Shown: positions 34,238 through 43,615 of the stretch, piece by piece
Position numbering within the stretch: position 1 is the first letter of the stretch
Layout: each line of letters begins with the position of its first letter
Assembly: GCA_963744995.1 (NCBI GenBank)
Contig: CAVUWA010000009.1
Coordinates: 320,001 to 384,000, forward strand
Direction of reading: 5' to 3'
Length of the DNA: 64,000 nucleotides
Origin: Candidatus Eiseniibacteriota bacterium
GTDB taxonomy: Bacteria; Eisenbacteria; RBG-16-71-46
Notes under the pieces: generated by a model
Seen by the model: the letters and a program-made list of their open reading frames with translations, nothing else
Database searches by the model: none
What the model was told of the DNA's origin: nothing
Program-made: the position numbers and the translations under genes

Positions 34238-35263
34238 GTGACGCGGACCGTCGCGCCGCCCGCGGGCGGGTTCCGCCGCATTGCGATCCTGCGCCTGTCC
34301 TCGCTCGGCGACGTGGTGCTCACGCTGCCGGTCGTGCACGCGCTGCGGGCCGCGTGGCCGTCGGCGCATCTCACGTTCTGGGTCAAGGAGGAGTTCGCCG
34401 ACGCGGTGCGCTTCGACCCCGCACTCGACCACGTGCGCGTGCTCGAGAAGGACGCGCGGCGGATCGAGGACGTGGTGTCGATGGGGGCCGAGCTCGAGGA
34501 TCACGATCTGGTCGTGGACCTGCACGGCAGCCTGCGCACACGGATCCTCACGCTGCGCCAGAAGGGCGTGGTGCTGCGCGCGAATTCGTTCCGTCTGCGC
34601 CGGGCGCGCTGGGTGCACGCGCGCTGGTCGCGACCGCAGCCGGTACCGCATGCGACGCGGCGCTACGCGGCGGCGCTCGCGCCGCTGGGACTCGATGCCC
34701 CGGGGCCGCCGCGCCTCGCCGCGGGGGATGCCGCGGAGCGCTGGGCCGCGGCGTGGCTCGACGCCTGGCGCGGCGCGCCGATCGTCGCCTTCTGCCCCGG
34801 CGCGAAGCACGCGACCAAGCGCTGGCCGGAGCGCCACTGGCTCGAGCTGTTCGAACGGGTGCGGGCCGCCGGCCGCCGGGTCGTGTGCCTCTCGCTGCCG
34901 GCCGAGCGGGACGCTCTGCCGGCGCTGGCGGCGCGGGTCGAGGCCGACGCCGGCGCGCGCTGGGCGCTCGAGCCGCTCGCGCACATGGCGGCCCTGCTGT
35001 CGCACTGCGGGCGCGCGGTGAGCGGCGACAGCGGCCTCATGCACGTCGCCGCGGCGCGCGGCACGCCGGTCACCGCGCTGTTCGGCAGTACCTCACCGGT
35101 GCTCGGGTTCGCGCCGGCCGGCGAGGGCCATGCGGTGCTCTGTCGCAACGAGCCCTGCCAGCCCTGCACGCTGCACGGCCGCGCGGCATGCCCGCGCGGG
35201 CACTTCCGCTGCATGCTGGAGCTCAAGCCGGATGCGGTCGCGGCGACGCTCGAGCGCTCCTGA
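34238..35263 (+). CDS. GT9 family heptosyltransferase-like glycosyltransferase
   Basis: RLSSLGDVV, KRWP, DSGLMHVAAA, LFGST, C.PC. Confidence 0.88.
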   Translation: MTRTVAPPAGGFRRIAILRLSSLGDVVLTLPVVHALRAAWPSAHLTFWVKEEFADAVRFDPALDHVRVLEKDARRIEDVVSMGAELEDHDLVVDLHGSLRTRILTLRQKGVVLRANSFRLRRARWVHARWSRPQPVPHATRRYAAALAPLGLDAPGPPRLAAGDAAERWAAAWLDAWRGAPIVAFCPGAKHATKRWPERHWLELFERVRAAGRRVVCLSLPAERDALPALAARVEADAGARWALEPLAHMAALLSHCGRAVSGDSGLMHVAAARGTPVTALFGSTSPVLGFAPAGEGHAVLCRNEPCQPCTLHGRAACPRGHFRCMLELKPDAVAATLERS

Positions 35264-35272
35264 CGCGCGCGC

Positions 35273-35301
35273 TTGGCGCCTGTTCGGACGGCCCCTATAC
35301 T
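35273..35301 (+). promoter_or_regulatory. Putative sigma70 promoter for proS
   Basis: TTGGCG, 17 bp, TATACT (35296-35301). Confidence 0.55.
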
Positions 35302-35338
35302 GCGCGCCTTCCACCCCGCAGGGCCACCGGAGGCCGAC

Positions 35339-36784
35339 GTGAGCGAGACCGGAGACAGGAAGCAGTTCGTCGAGGACATCACCGACCAGTCGGACGACTT
35401 CTCCCGCTGGTACAACGACGTCGTGCGCAAGGCGCAGCTCGCCGACTACGCGCCGGTGCGCGGCTGCATGGTCATCCGTCCCTACGGTTACGGCATGTGG
35501 GAACACATGCAGCGCCTGCTCGATGCCCGCATCAAGGCGACCGGCCATCAGAACGTGTACATGCCGCTGCTGATCCCGGAGAGCCTGCTCGAGAAGGAGG
35601 CGGAGCACGTCGAGGGCTTCGCCCCCGAGGTGGCCTGGGTGACCCACGGCGGGCGCGAGCAGCTGGAGGAGCGCTACGCCATCCGCCCGACCAGCGAGGC
35701 GATCTTCGGCCACATGTACTCGCGCTGGATCGAGTCGTATCGCGACCTGCCGGTGCTGCTCAACCAGTGGGCGAACGTGATGCGCTGGGAGAAGGTCACG
35801 CGCCTGTTCCTGCGCACCGCCGAATTCCTCTGGCAGGAGGGCCATACCGCGCACGCGGACGCGCAGGACTGCCGGGAGGAAGTGCTGCGCATGCTCGAGG
35901 TCTATCGCGCGTTCGCCGAGGAGGACCTGGCGATCCCGGTCTACGCGGGGCTCAAGAGCGACGCGGAGAAGTTCGCGGGCGCCGAGCGCACCTACACGAT
36001 CGAGGCGCTCATGCGCGACGGCAAGGCGCTGCAGGCCGGCACCTCGCACGATCTCGGCCAGCACTTCGCGAAGGTGTTCGACATCACCTATCAGGACGAA
36101 GGCGGCAGGCGGCAGTACGTGTACCAGACGTCGTGGGGCGTCTCGACGCGGCTGATCGGCGCGGTGATCATGACGCACGGGGACGATGCCGGGCTGCGGC
36201 TGCCGCCGCGGATCGCACCGATTCAGGCCGTGGTCGTGCCGATCTGGCGCAAGGACGAAGAGAAGGCGGCCGTGTTCGAGTTCGTCGCGAAAGTGAAGGC
36301 AGCCGCGGGCGCGCACGTGCGCCTGCACGTCGACGACCGCGACCAGTATTCGCCGGGCTGGAAGTACAACGAATACGAGATGCGCGGGGTCCCGGTGCGC
36401 ATCGAGGTGGGCCCGAAGGACGTGGCGAAGGGCGCGGTGATGACCGTGCTGCGCACCGGACGGAAGAAGGAGTCGGTGCCGCTGGAGGCGCTCGGCACGC
36501 GGCTGCCCGAGCTGCTCGATGACGTGCAGAAGGCGCTGTTCGACTCGGCGGCGGAGTTCCGCGCGTCGCAGACGGCGGTGGCGCGCACGCTCGACGAGAT
36601 CGAAGCGCATTTCGCCTCACGGCGGGGCTTCGTGGCCATGCCGTGGGACGGCGACGCCGCGCTCGAGGCCCGGATCAAGGCGCGCACCAGCGCGACGCTG
36701 CGCTGCATGCCGCTCGATGAAGGCGCGTTCGCGGACGTCCCGCGCGGGACCCAGGGGATCGCGCTCTTCGCCCGCTCCTACTGA
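35339..36784 (+). CDS. proS: Proline--tRNA ligase, archaeal/eukaryotic type
   Basis: FSRWY, IRPTSE, FLRT.EFLWQEGHT, LQAGTSH.LGQ, SWGVSTR, C-terminal FARSY; no INS editing domain; GGAGG RBS. Confidence 0.96.
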   Translation: MSETGDRKQFVEDITDQSDDFSRWYNDVVRKAQLADYAPVRGCMVIRPYGYGMWEHMQRLLDARIKATGHQNVYMPLLIPESLLEKEAEHVEGFAPEVAWVTHGGREQLEERYAIRPTSEAIFGHMYSRWIESYRDLPVLLNQWANVMRWEKVTRLFLRTAEFLWQEGHTAHADAQDCREEVLRMLEVYRAFAEEDLAIPVYAGLKSDAEKFAGAERTYTIEALMRDGKALQAGTSHDLGQHFAKVFDITYQDEGGRRQYVYQTSWGVSTRLIGAVIMTHGDDAGLRLPPRIAPIQAVVVPIWRKDEEKAAVFEFVAKVKAAAGAHVRLHVDDRDQYSPGWKYNEYEMRGVPVRIEVGPKDVAKGAVMTVLRTGRKKESVPLEALGTRLPELLDDVQKALFDSAAEFRASQTAVARTLDEIEAHFASRRGFVAMPWDGDAALEARIKARTSATLRCMPLDEGAFADVPRGTQGIALFARSY

Positions 36785-36788
36785 GCCG

Positions 36789-37823
36789 ATGGCCACCGGC
36801 GCGGCGGCGAGCCACCTGCCCCCGGGGCCGCGGGTGCTGGTGCGCCTGCCCAACTGGCTCGGCGACGTGCTGCTCGCGCGGCCGCTGCTGCACGCGCTCG
36901 GCGGGCTCACGCCGCGCGCCGCGCTGTTCGGCGTGGCGCCCGCGCCGCTGCTCGAGATCCTCGCCCCCGAAGCGCGGTTCGCGGCGACGGCCGCGTGGGG
37001 AAGGGACGCGCGCAGCCGACGCGCCTGCCTCGATCGGGCGAAGCGGTTCCGCGCCGAGGCCGCACTGGTGCTGCCGCCGTCGTTTTCGAGCGCGTGGTTC
37101 GCGTGGCGCAGCGGCGCACCCCGGCGCATCGGTTACGCGGGGGATGGTCGCGGGCCGCTCCTGTCGCGTGCCCTCGGGCGACCCGCGCGCGGTCATCGGC
37201 ACCTGAGCGACGAATACCTGGCGCTGGCGGTGGCCGCCGGCCTGGTCGCCGCCGGCCCGGCTGCGGCCCCACCCGATCTGGCGGCGCCGGCGGGGGCGCA
37301 GGTCGCGGCGCAAGCCCTGCTGGCAGACCATCCTTCGCTCGCGGACCGGCCGCGTGTGCTGCTGGGTCCCGGCGCGACGTACGGCCCGGCCAAACAATGG
37401 GGCGCCGCGCGGTTCGCGGCGCTGGGCAGGGCGCTCCAGGCCCGCGGCTACGCGGTGATCGTGTGCGGCACGGCGGGCGAGGCCGCGCTCTGCGCAACGG
37501 TCGCGCGCGAGGCGGGGGCCGTGTCGCTCGCGGGGAAGACGGGGCTCGCTGAGCTCACCGAGCTCGCCGCGCATGCCGCGCTCGCCGTCTGCAACGACTC
37601 GGGCCTCGCGCACCTGGCGGCGGCGACCGGCACGCCGACGGTGGTGGTGTTCGGTTCGACCAGCAGTGCGTGGACCGCGCCGGTCGGCCGCCGGGTTCGG
37701 ATCGTGCAGCAGGCGCCCGTGTGCAGTCCCTGCTTCCGCCGCACCTGCCGGATCGGCTACCCGTGCCTCGGGGCGGTGACGGTCGACGCGGTGCTCGGCA
37801 CGGCGCTCGAGGCGGCGGCGTGA
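36789..37823 (+). CDS. waaF: LPS heptosyltransferase II
   Basis: PNWLGD, PGATYGPAKQW, NDSGLAH, FGST, CSPCFRR.C. Confidence 0.88.
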   Translation: MATGAAASHLPPGPRVLVRLPNWLGDVLLARPLLHALGGLTPRAALFGVAPAPLLEILAPEARFAATAAWGRDARSRRACLDRAKRFRAEAALVLPPSFSSAWFAWRSGAPRRIGYAGDGRGPLLSRALGRPARGHRHLSDEYLALAVAAGLVAAGPAAAPPDLAAPAGAQVAAQALLADHPSLADRPRVLLGPGATYGPAKQWGAARFAALGRALQARGYAVIVCGTAGEAALCATVAREAGAVSLAGKTGLAELTELAAHAALAVCNDSGLAHLAAATGTPTVVVFGSTSSAWTAPVGRRVRIVQQAPVCSPCFRRTCRIGYPCLGAVTVDAVLGTALEAAA

Positions 37824-38908
37824 GGGTGCTCGTGGACGGCGGCCCGCTCGAGCGGTTCGCGCCGCGCATGCGCCTCGCCGCGGCGGGACTCGCTTTGCGC
37901 GGACATGCGGTGACCTGGGCCGGAGCCCCCCCGCCCGCGGGGCTCGAGGCGGCGGCGCTCACGCGCTCGGCGGCGGGCGCGGCGCTCGTGCGCCACCGCG
38001 CGGACGTGGCGCTCGGGAGTGCGGAGCGTCTCCTGTCCGGCGCACTGCGTGCGCGCCTGGTGCACGCTCACGCGCTGGTGCTCGACCTGGACCCGGCGGT
38101 GCGTGCGCGCTGGTCGGCCCTGGATCGCTGGGCCTGGCACGCGCTGCATGCCGCGGCGCTCGTGGATCCGGGGCGCGCGGACGAGGCGCGGGGCACGCTG
38201 CCCGAAGCGATGCTGGAGCGCATCGGGCTGTGGCCGGATGCGGCGCCCGCCACCGGGCCCGATCCCGCGCACCCGGACGTCGAGGTGCTCGAGCGCGCCT
38301 GCGAACGTGCCCTCTCGCGGCACCGGGGTCTCGTCGCGCGTGCGGCGGTGTTCCTCGATCGGGACGGCACGCTGATCGCCGAGCGCGAATACCTGGCCGA
38401 CCCGGCGGGCGTCGAGCTGCTGCCCGGTGCAGCGGAAGGTCTCGCACGCCTCGGCGCGGCGGGCTATCCGCTGATCGTGATTTCGAACCAGTCCGGAATC
38501 GGGCGCGGGTTGTTCCCGGAGCGGCGCGCGCACGAGGTGATGGCGCGCCTGCGGCAGCTGTTGCGCGCCCGCGGGGTGGAGCTCGACGGGATCTACTTCT
38601 GTCCGCACCGCCCCGACGCCGGTTGTGCCTGCCGCAAGCCCGGCATCGCGCTGCTCGAGCGCGCGGCGGACGACCACCAGTTGGCGCTCGCCCGCTCGGT
38701 GATGGTCGGCGACAAACGCATCGACGCGCGGTCCGGGCGCCGCGCGGGCGGCGTCGGCGTACTGCTGCGCACCGGCTATGGTCGTGCGGAGGAGCGCGAG
38801 GCGCAGGCGGGGCCGGCGGCGGATGCGCCCGATCGGGTGTTCGACGATCTCGCCGAAGCGGCGCGCTGGATCATCGCACGCGGGGACCTGCTGGCGCCGT
38901 GGGAGTGA
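37820..38908 (+). CDS. gmhB: D,D-heptose 1,7-bisphosphate phosphatase (GmhB) with an ~170-aa N-terminal extra domain
   Basis: C-terminal FLDRDGTL, SNQSGIGRG, FCPH...C.CRKP, MVGD; GTG start overlaps waaF stop. Confidence 0.8.
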   Translation: MRVLVDGGPLERFAPRMRLAAAGLALRGHAVTWAGAPPPAGLEAAALTRSAAGAALVRHRADVALGSAERLLSGALRARLVHAHALVLDLDPAVRARWSALDRWAWHALHAAALVDPGRADEARGTLPEAMLERIGLWPDAAPATGPDPAHPDVEVLERACERALSRHRGLVARAAVFLDRDGTLIAEREYLADPAGVELLPGAAEGLARLGAAGYPLIVISNQSGIGRGLFPERRAHEVMARLRQLLRARGVELDGIYFCPHRPDAGCACRKPGIALLERAADDHQLALARSVMVGDKRIDARSGRRAGGVGVLLRTGYGRAEEREAQAGPAADAPDRVFDDLAEAARWIIARGDLLAPWE

Positions 38909-38924
38909 GGCCGGCGGCCGGCCG

Positions 38925-40016
38925 TCAGCGGCGCGCGGGGGCCTGCAGCGCGAGGCTGTAGCGCCGCCCGCCGTCTTCGGGCCGGTAGCGCAGGACCCGG
39001 CCGGGCGTCTGCAGTTGCGACGGCGCGATCCAGCGATCGTCGGCCAGGTCGTCGAGCGACTGCGGGTAGCGACCGCGCTCGAGCGCGTAGAGGTCCAGGG
39101 CCAGCTCGATGTTCTGGACCCGCGCGGCGACGAAGATGTCGCTGCCGGCCTGCGCGATGTCGGCGCGCGGCATCCACCCGGACGCGGCGTGCAGGCCGAA
39201 CGCGGCGGCCGCCACGACCACCCCCATCGCCGCCTCGTACAGCCAGTGCACGCGCCTTCGCGGCGCGCGCACCTGTTTCTGCTCGGGGACGATCTGCGGC
39301 CGGCCGGGGTCGCGGCGGCCGACGAACTCGATCCAGTTCGCCTCCAGCATCTGGTGGACCGCTTCGTACGCCTCGTACTCGGTCAGCGACGCGGCCTCCA
39401 CCACCTGAGCCACGGTGTGCTGTCCGTCGATGATGCCGAACAGCTCGCGGACCTCCTCGGAAAGCGGATCGTCGGGATCGGGCAGGTCGCGCAGGCCGAG
39501 CACCTGATGCGGGTCGCGGAACACGGTGACGAAGCGCTTCTGTTCGTCGACGCGCCGCGCCGCCTCGATCGCCGCGCCCTCGATGTTCATCCGCACGATG
39601 GGCTTGTTGGGCCAGCGGTTGTTGGGATCGAAACGGTAGTCGCCGTTCTCCCAGCGCGTGACCCGCATCAGCTCGTCGAGGATCTGGCGCTCGATGTACA
39701 TGCCGAGCTCCTCCTCGTCCAGATACCGCCCGTTGACCAGCAGATCCTCGAGGTCGCGCTGCGATTCGCGCTGGATCGTGAGGATGCCCTGGTACTGCTC
39801 TTCGGAGAGCCGGTGCACGCGTCTGAGGAAGCCCAGCAGCGAGTCGTCCTTCGCCATTCCGGGCTTGCGCGTCGAGACGATGCGGCCCTCCTGCACGTAG
39901 ATCACCGCGCGCTCGGTGTGCCATTCGAGCATGAGGCAGCCGGTCTTCTGCTGCGAGCCCAGCAGCTGGAGAATCTCGGTGGCGGCGAAATCGCGAAGAC
40001 TGCCCTGAAGCGCCAT
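38925..40016 (-). CDS. DUF4388-domain membrane protein with C-terminal GspG/pseudopilin-like domain
   Basis: MALQGSLRDF...EILQLL...KTG.L N-terminus; one TM; I.LALDLY....GRYP.SL..L motif; AGGAG RBS. Confidence 0.75.
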   Translation of the reverse strand: MALQGSLRDFAATEILQLLGSQQKTGCLMLEWHTERAVIYVQEGRIVSTRKPGMAKDDSLLGFLRRVHRLSEEQYQGILTIQRESQRDLEDLLVNGRYLDEEELGMYIERQILDELMRVTRWENGDYRFDPNNRWPNKPIVRMNIEGAAIEAARRVDEQKRFVTVFRDPHQVLGLRDLPDPDDPLSEEVRELFGIIDGQHTVAQVVEAASLTEYEAYEAVHQMLEANWIEFVGRRDPGRPQIVPEQKQVRAPRRRVHWLYEAAMGVVVAAAAFGLHAASGWMPRADIAQAGSDIFVAARVQNIELALDLYALERGRYPQSLDDLADDRWIAPSQLQTPGRVLRYRPEDGGRRYSLALQAPARR

Positions 40017-40026
40017 GCGGGGTCTC

Positions 40027-42024
40027 CTAGGCGGCCGCAGCCGGATGCCGTTCGGTGGCCTGCACGGCGCGCGAGCGGGTGGGGGCGGCGAGATACGCGG
40101 CCTGGGCGCGGGCACGCGCCACGTTGCTGAAGTAGCCGATCAGCGAACTCAGGTAGACGGCGATGGTCAGGCCCACGAGGATCGGCACCGGCAGGGCCGC
40201 CTCCGGCAGATGCAGACCGGACTCGTAGGGGAAGGGACCCGCGAAGCCGAGCCACAGACTGGCGAGCACCGCGGCGCAGGTCAGGGTCGCCAGCCCGGAA
40301 ATCATGCGGCGATAGAGGATCAGCCCGTAGCCCGGCAGCAGGGTGGCCAGCGCCGTGCGGCCGAGCCGGGTGATCCAGGCGTGCTGGCGCCGGTGCTGGG
40401 CGAGGAGCACCCGGCCGAACTCCTGGCTTTCGGCGCGCGCCTCGATCGCGGCGCAGTTCGGGCACAGCGCCCGTTCGCGCCGGCGCTCGGCGCAGCGCCG
40501 GCAGACCACGGCGCCGCAGTTGCTGCAGCGGCGCAGCGGAATGCCGTGGTTGAGGCGCACGCCGAGCATCAGCGCGAGGATGGTCAGGACGATCGCGGCG
40601 GCGCTGAACGGCCAGCCCGAGAATTCGATCCGCGAGCGCCAGAACGGCGGGAGCGAGGGCGCGAGATCGCCGCCGAGGCGTATCGGCGGCATCGCGTTCC
40701 ACATGGTCGCAGGCGAGAGCCACTGGTCCACGAGAGGCAGGTAGCCGTCATCCGTCTGCTGGCCCTGGAACGACTTGACCATGTCGAAGTCGAGGGCCGA
40801 CGCCCGTGAGAGATCCTCGGTGGCCTCGCGGAAGTCGAACTGCAGCGTCTTGAGCTGCGCCCGATTGAAGTGGGCCGCGGCATTCGCGGGATTCACCTGC
40901 AGCGCACGGTCGTAGGCGGCCACCGCGTCATCGGTACGTCCCTGCATCGCCAGCGTGTTGCCGAGATCGGTGAGCACCCGGTCGTCGCCCGGCCAGCGTT
41001 CCAGCGCGTGGCGGTAGGCCTGTTCCGCTTCGGCGAGGGCGCCGCCGCGGCGCGCGGTCCAGCCGAGGGCGAACTGCACGAAGCCGTCGTCGGGATGCGC
41101 GGCCGCGAGGGCTCGAAGCCGCTGGTGGGTGGACTCGCGATAGGGTGCCCTCTCGACCATGGAGATGCCGTAGTACGGCGCGCGGTTCTCGCGCAGCGGC
41201 GCCGCGAGGGTGTCGAGTGCGGACATCGTCAGCGGCGCGGTGCCGAGGAACAGCGCCAGCACCACGAAGACGAACCGCTCGTTGCGCCTGAGCAGCGGCC
41301 ACAGCAGGGCGAGCAGCAGCACCGTGGGCAGCACCGGACCGAAGCCGAGCAGGAACGGGAGGACCAGCAGGCCGGCGGCCCACCAGCGCGCGGTGGTCGG
41401 TGTCAGTCTCTGACCCAGCCGCTCGTGCCATGCATGGCGGAGTTCCGCCTGGTGCATGGCGAGAATCATGAAGCCGGCCACGATCAGGGCGATCAGCAGA
41501 GCCTGCAGACCGAGGTAGATCGAGTTGGCGGCGAGGCCGAGCTGCATCATGAAGCTCTTGCGGGCGATCTCCAGCACGACGGCGTAGTGGAGCAGCGCCT
41601 GGCTCGGGCTGCTGAGCAGCAGCCATGAGGCGAGGGTCAGATGCGGCGCGACGTACTGCGGATCGAGCTCGATGGCCCCGTAGACCAGACGCAGGGCTTC
41701 CTCGCGGTTGCCGGAGCGGTGCAGCAGCAGGCCGCGACGGTAGAAGAGCCGCGACTGGTAGGGCAACGCCTCGACGTGGCCGTGGAGGCGGTAGTCGATC
41801 CACGCGCTGAGGTCGTGGAGGTCGGAGGGCGGCTGCACCGCCTGCGCGGGCCGGGTGCCGGCGTTCGGCAGCAGCACGATGCCCGCCTCGACGAGCGGCC
41901 GGACCCCTGCCGAGTCGGCAGGCAGCGGCGCCTCCGGCGTGTCGCCGCGGGCCGGCGCGGATCCGGCGAGGCCGCAGGCGAGCACCAGCAGCAGGACGCG
42001 GGCGCCGCCGGCAAGCGGTGTCAT
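40027..42024 (-). CDS. Multi-TM tetratricopeptide-repeat protein with Cys-rich zinc-finger-like segment
   Basis: Signal-like N-terminus, two TPR blocks, several TM helices, CSNC.{4}CRRC.{9}CPNC; start uncertain (42024-42090). Confidence 0.75.
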   Translation of the reverse strand: MTPLAGGARVLLLVLACGLAGSAPARGDTPEAPLPADSAGVRPLVEAGIVLLPNAGTRPAQAVQPPSDLHDLSAWIDYRLHGHVEALPYQSRLFYRRGLLLHRSGNREEALRLVYGAIELDPQYVAPHLTLASWLLLSSPSQALLHYAVVLEIARKSFMMQLGLAANSIYLGLQALLIALIVAGFMILAMHQAELRHAWHERLGQRLTPTTARWWAAGLLVLPFLLGFGPVLPTVLLLALLWPLLRRNERFVFVVLALFLGTAPLTMSALDTLAAPLRENRAPYYGISMVERAPYRESTHQRLRALAAAHPDDGFVQFALGWTARRGGALAEAEQAYRHALERWPGDDRVLTDLGNTLAMQGRTDDAVAAYDRALQVNPANAAAHFNRAQLKTLQFDFREATEDLSRASALDFDMVKSFQGQQTDDGYLPLVDQWLSPATMWNAMPPIRLGGDLAPSLPPFWRSRIEFSGWPFSAAAIVLTILALMLGVRLNHGIPLRRCSNCGAVVCRRCAERRRERALCPNCAAIEARAESQEFGRVLLAQHRRQHAWITRLGRTALATLLPGYGLILYRRMISGLATLTCAAVLASLWLGFAGPFPYESGLHLPEAALPVPILVGLTIAVYLSSLIGYFSNVARARAQAAYLAAPTRSRAVQATERHPAAAA

Positions 42025-42098
42025 CACGACCCGGCCGCGGGCCGTCCGTCCGGCAGTCTCGCGCTCCAAACGTCCCTGTGACATGCGCATGCGTTCCC

Positions 42099-42127
42099 TT
42101 GACAGTGGGTGGGGGCGACCCTAACGT
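42099..42127 (+). promoter_or_regulatory. Putative sigma70 promoter for asnS
   Basis: TTGACA (42099-42104), 17 bp, TAACGT (42122-42127). Confidence 0.6.
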
Positions 42128-42258
42128 CCCTCCGGTTCGAAGGCGTTATCGGCGCTTCGTTCGCGGCCCTTCAGGCCTTTCCGGGGCCCGCCGCGCGCCG
42201 CCCGGGCGCCCGCTGCAAGTGTCCACCACCCGCCCTTCCTCGAGGAGTCCGCCCGTCC

Positions 42259-43578
42259 ATGAGCACCGAGTCCCTGTCCGGCACCGTTCCATGGATCCGC
42301 ATCGCCGAGGCCCCGGCCCACGTCGACCAGACCGTGGAGATTCGTGGCTGGGTCACGCACCGGCGCTCGAGCGGCAAGGTGCAGTTCCTGGTGGTGCGTG
42401 ACGGCAGCGGGCTGCTCCAGACCGTGGCCGGGGTCCGCGACGTCAGCGACGCGGACTGGGAGGCGCTGGCCTCCCTCAGCCAGGAGTCATCGGTCGTGAT
42501 CACCGGCGCGCTGCGCGCCGACCACCGGTCGCCGGGCGGCGTCGAGCTCGGCATCCGCTCGGTGCGGGTCGTCGGGCGCGCCGCGGAGTATCCGATCTCG
42601 CCGAAGGAGCACGGTGTCGACTTCCTCATGGATCACCGGCACCTGTGGCTGCGCTCGGCGCGCCAGCAGGCGATCCTCCGGATCCGCGCCGAACTGATCG
42701 CTGCGTTTCGCGATTTCATGGGCCGCGAAGGCTTCGTCCTGGTCGACGCGCCGATCTTCACCCCCAACGCCTGCGAAGGCACGACCACGCTGTTCGAGAC
42801 CGCGTACTTCGACCAGAAGGCCTACCTCACCCAGAGCGGACAGCTCTACGCCGAGGCCGCGGCGATGGCGTTCGGCAAGGTCTACTGCTTCGGCCCGGCG
42901 TTCCGCGCGGAGAAGAGCAAGACGCGCCGGCACCTGATCGAGTTCTGGATGATGGAACCGGAGTGGGCGTTCGCGACGCTCGAGGACGTGATCGCGCTCG
43001 AGGAACGGCTGCTCGAGTACGTCGTGGCACGGCTGCTGGAGGCGCGCGCCGAGGACTTCAAGGCGATCGAGCGCGACCCCGCGAAACTCGCGAACGTGCG
43101 CACGCCGTTCCCGCGCATCACCTACGACGAGGCCGTGCGCCGCCTGCACGAGGCCGGGGTCGACTTCGAGTGGGGCGGTGATTTCGGCGGGACCGATGAA
43201 ACCGTGCTGTCGGAGGCGTTCGACCGGCCGGTGTTCGTGACGCACTTCCCGGCCGCGGTGAAAGCGTTCTACATGGAGCCCGACCCGGAGGATGCGCGGC
43301 TGTGTCTGTCCGCCGACCTGCTCGCACCCGAGGGCTACGGTGAAATCGTGGGCGGCGGCCAGCGCATGGATTCGCTCGAGCTGCTCACCCGCCGCATCGA
43401 CGAGCACGGCCTGCCGCAGGAGGCGTTCGAGTGGTACAAGGACCTGCGTCGCTACGGCAGCGTGCCGCACTCGGGCTTCGGGATCGGGGTCGAACGCACG
43501 CTCGCCTGGATCGCCGGTCTCGACCACGTGCGCGAGACGATTCCGTTCCCGCGCATGCTCTACCGCCTGAACCCCTGA
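42259..43578 (+). CDS. asnS: Asparagine--tRNA ligase
   Basis: [48 protein letters not shown]. Confidence 0.93.
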   Translation: MSTESLSGTVPWIRIAEAPAHVDQTVEIRGWVTHRRSSGKVQFLVVRDGSGLLQTVAGVRDVSDADWEALASLSQESSVVITGALRADHRSPGGVELGIRSVRVVGRAAEYPISPKEHGVDFLMDHRHLWLRSARQQAILRIRAELIAAFRDFMGREGFVLVDAPIFTPNACEGTTTLFETAYFDQKAYLTQSGQLYAEAAAMAFGKVYCFGPAFRAEKSKTRRHLIEFWMMEPEWAFATLEDVIALEERLLEYVVARLLEARAEDFKAIERDPAKLANVRTPFPRITYDEAVRRLHEAGVDFEWGGDFGGTDETVLSEAFDRPVFVTHFPAAVKAFYMEPDPEDARLCLSADLLAPEGYGEIVGGGQRMDSLELLTRRIDEHGLPQEAFEWYKDLRRYGSVPHSGFGIGVERTLAWIAGLDHVRETIPFPRMLYRLNP

Positions 43579-43615
43579 GCCGTTTCGCGCGCGCCCGGGG
43601 AGCGGCGGGCCCCGC

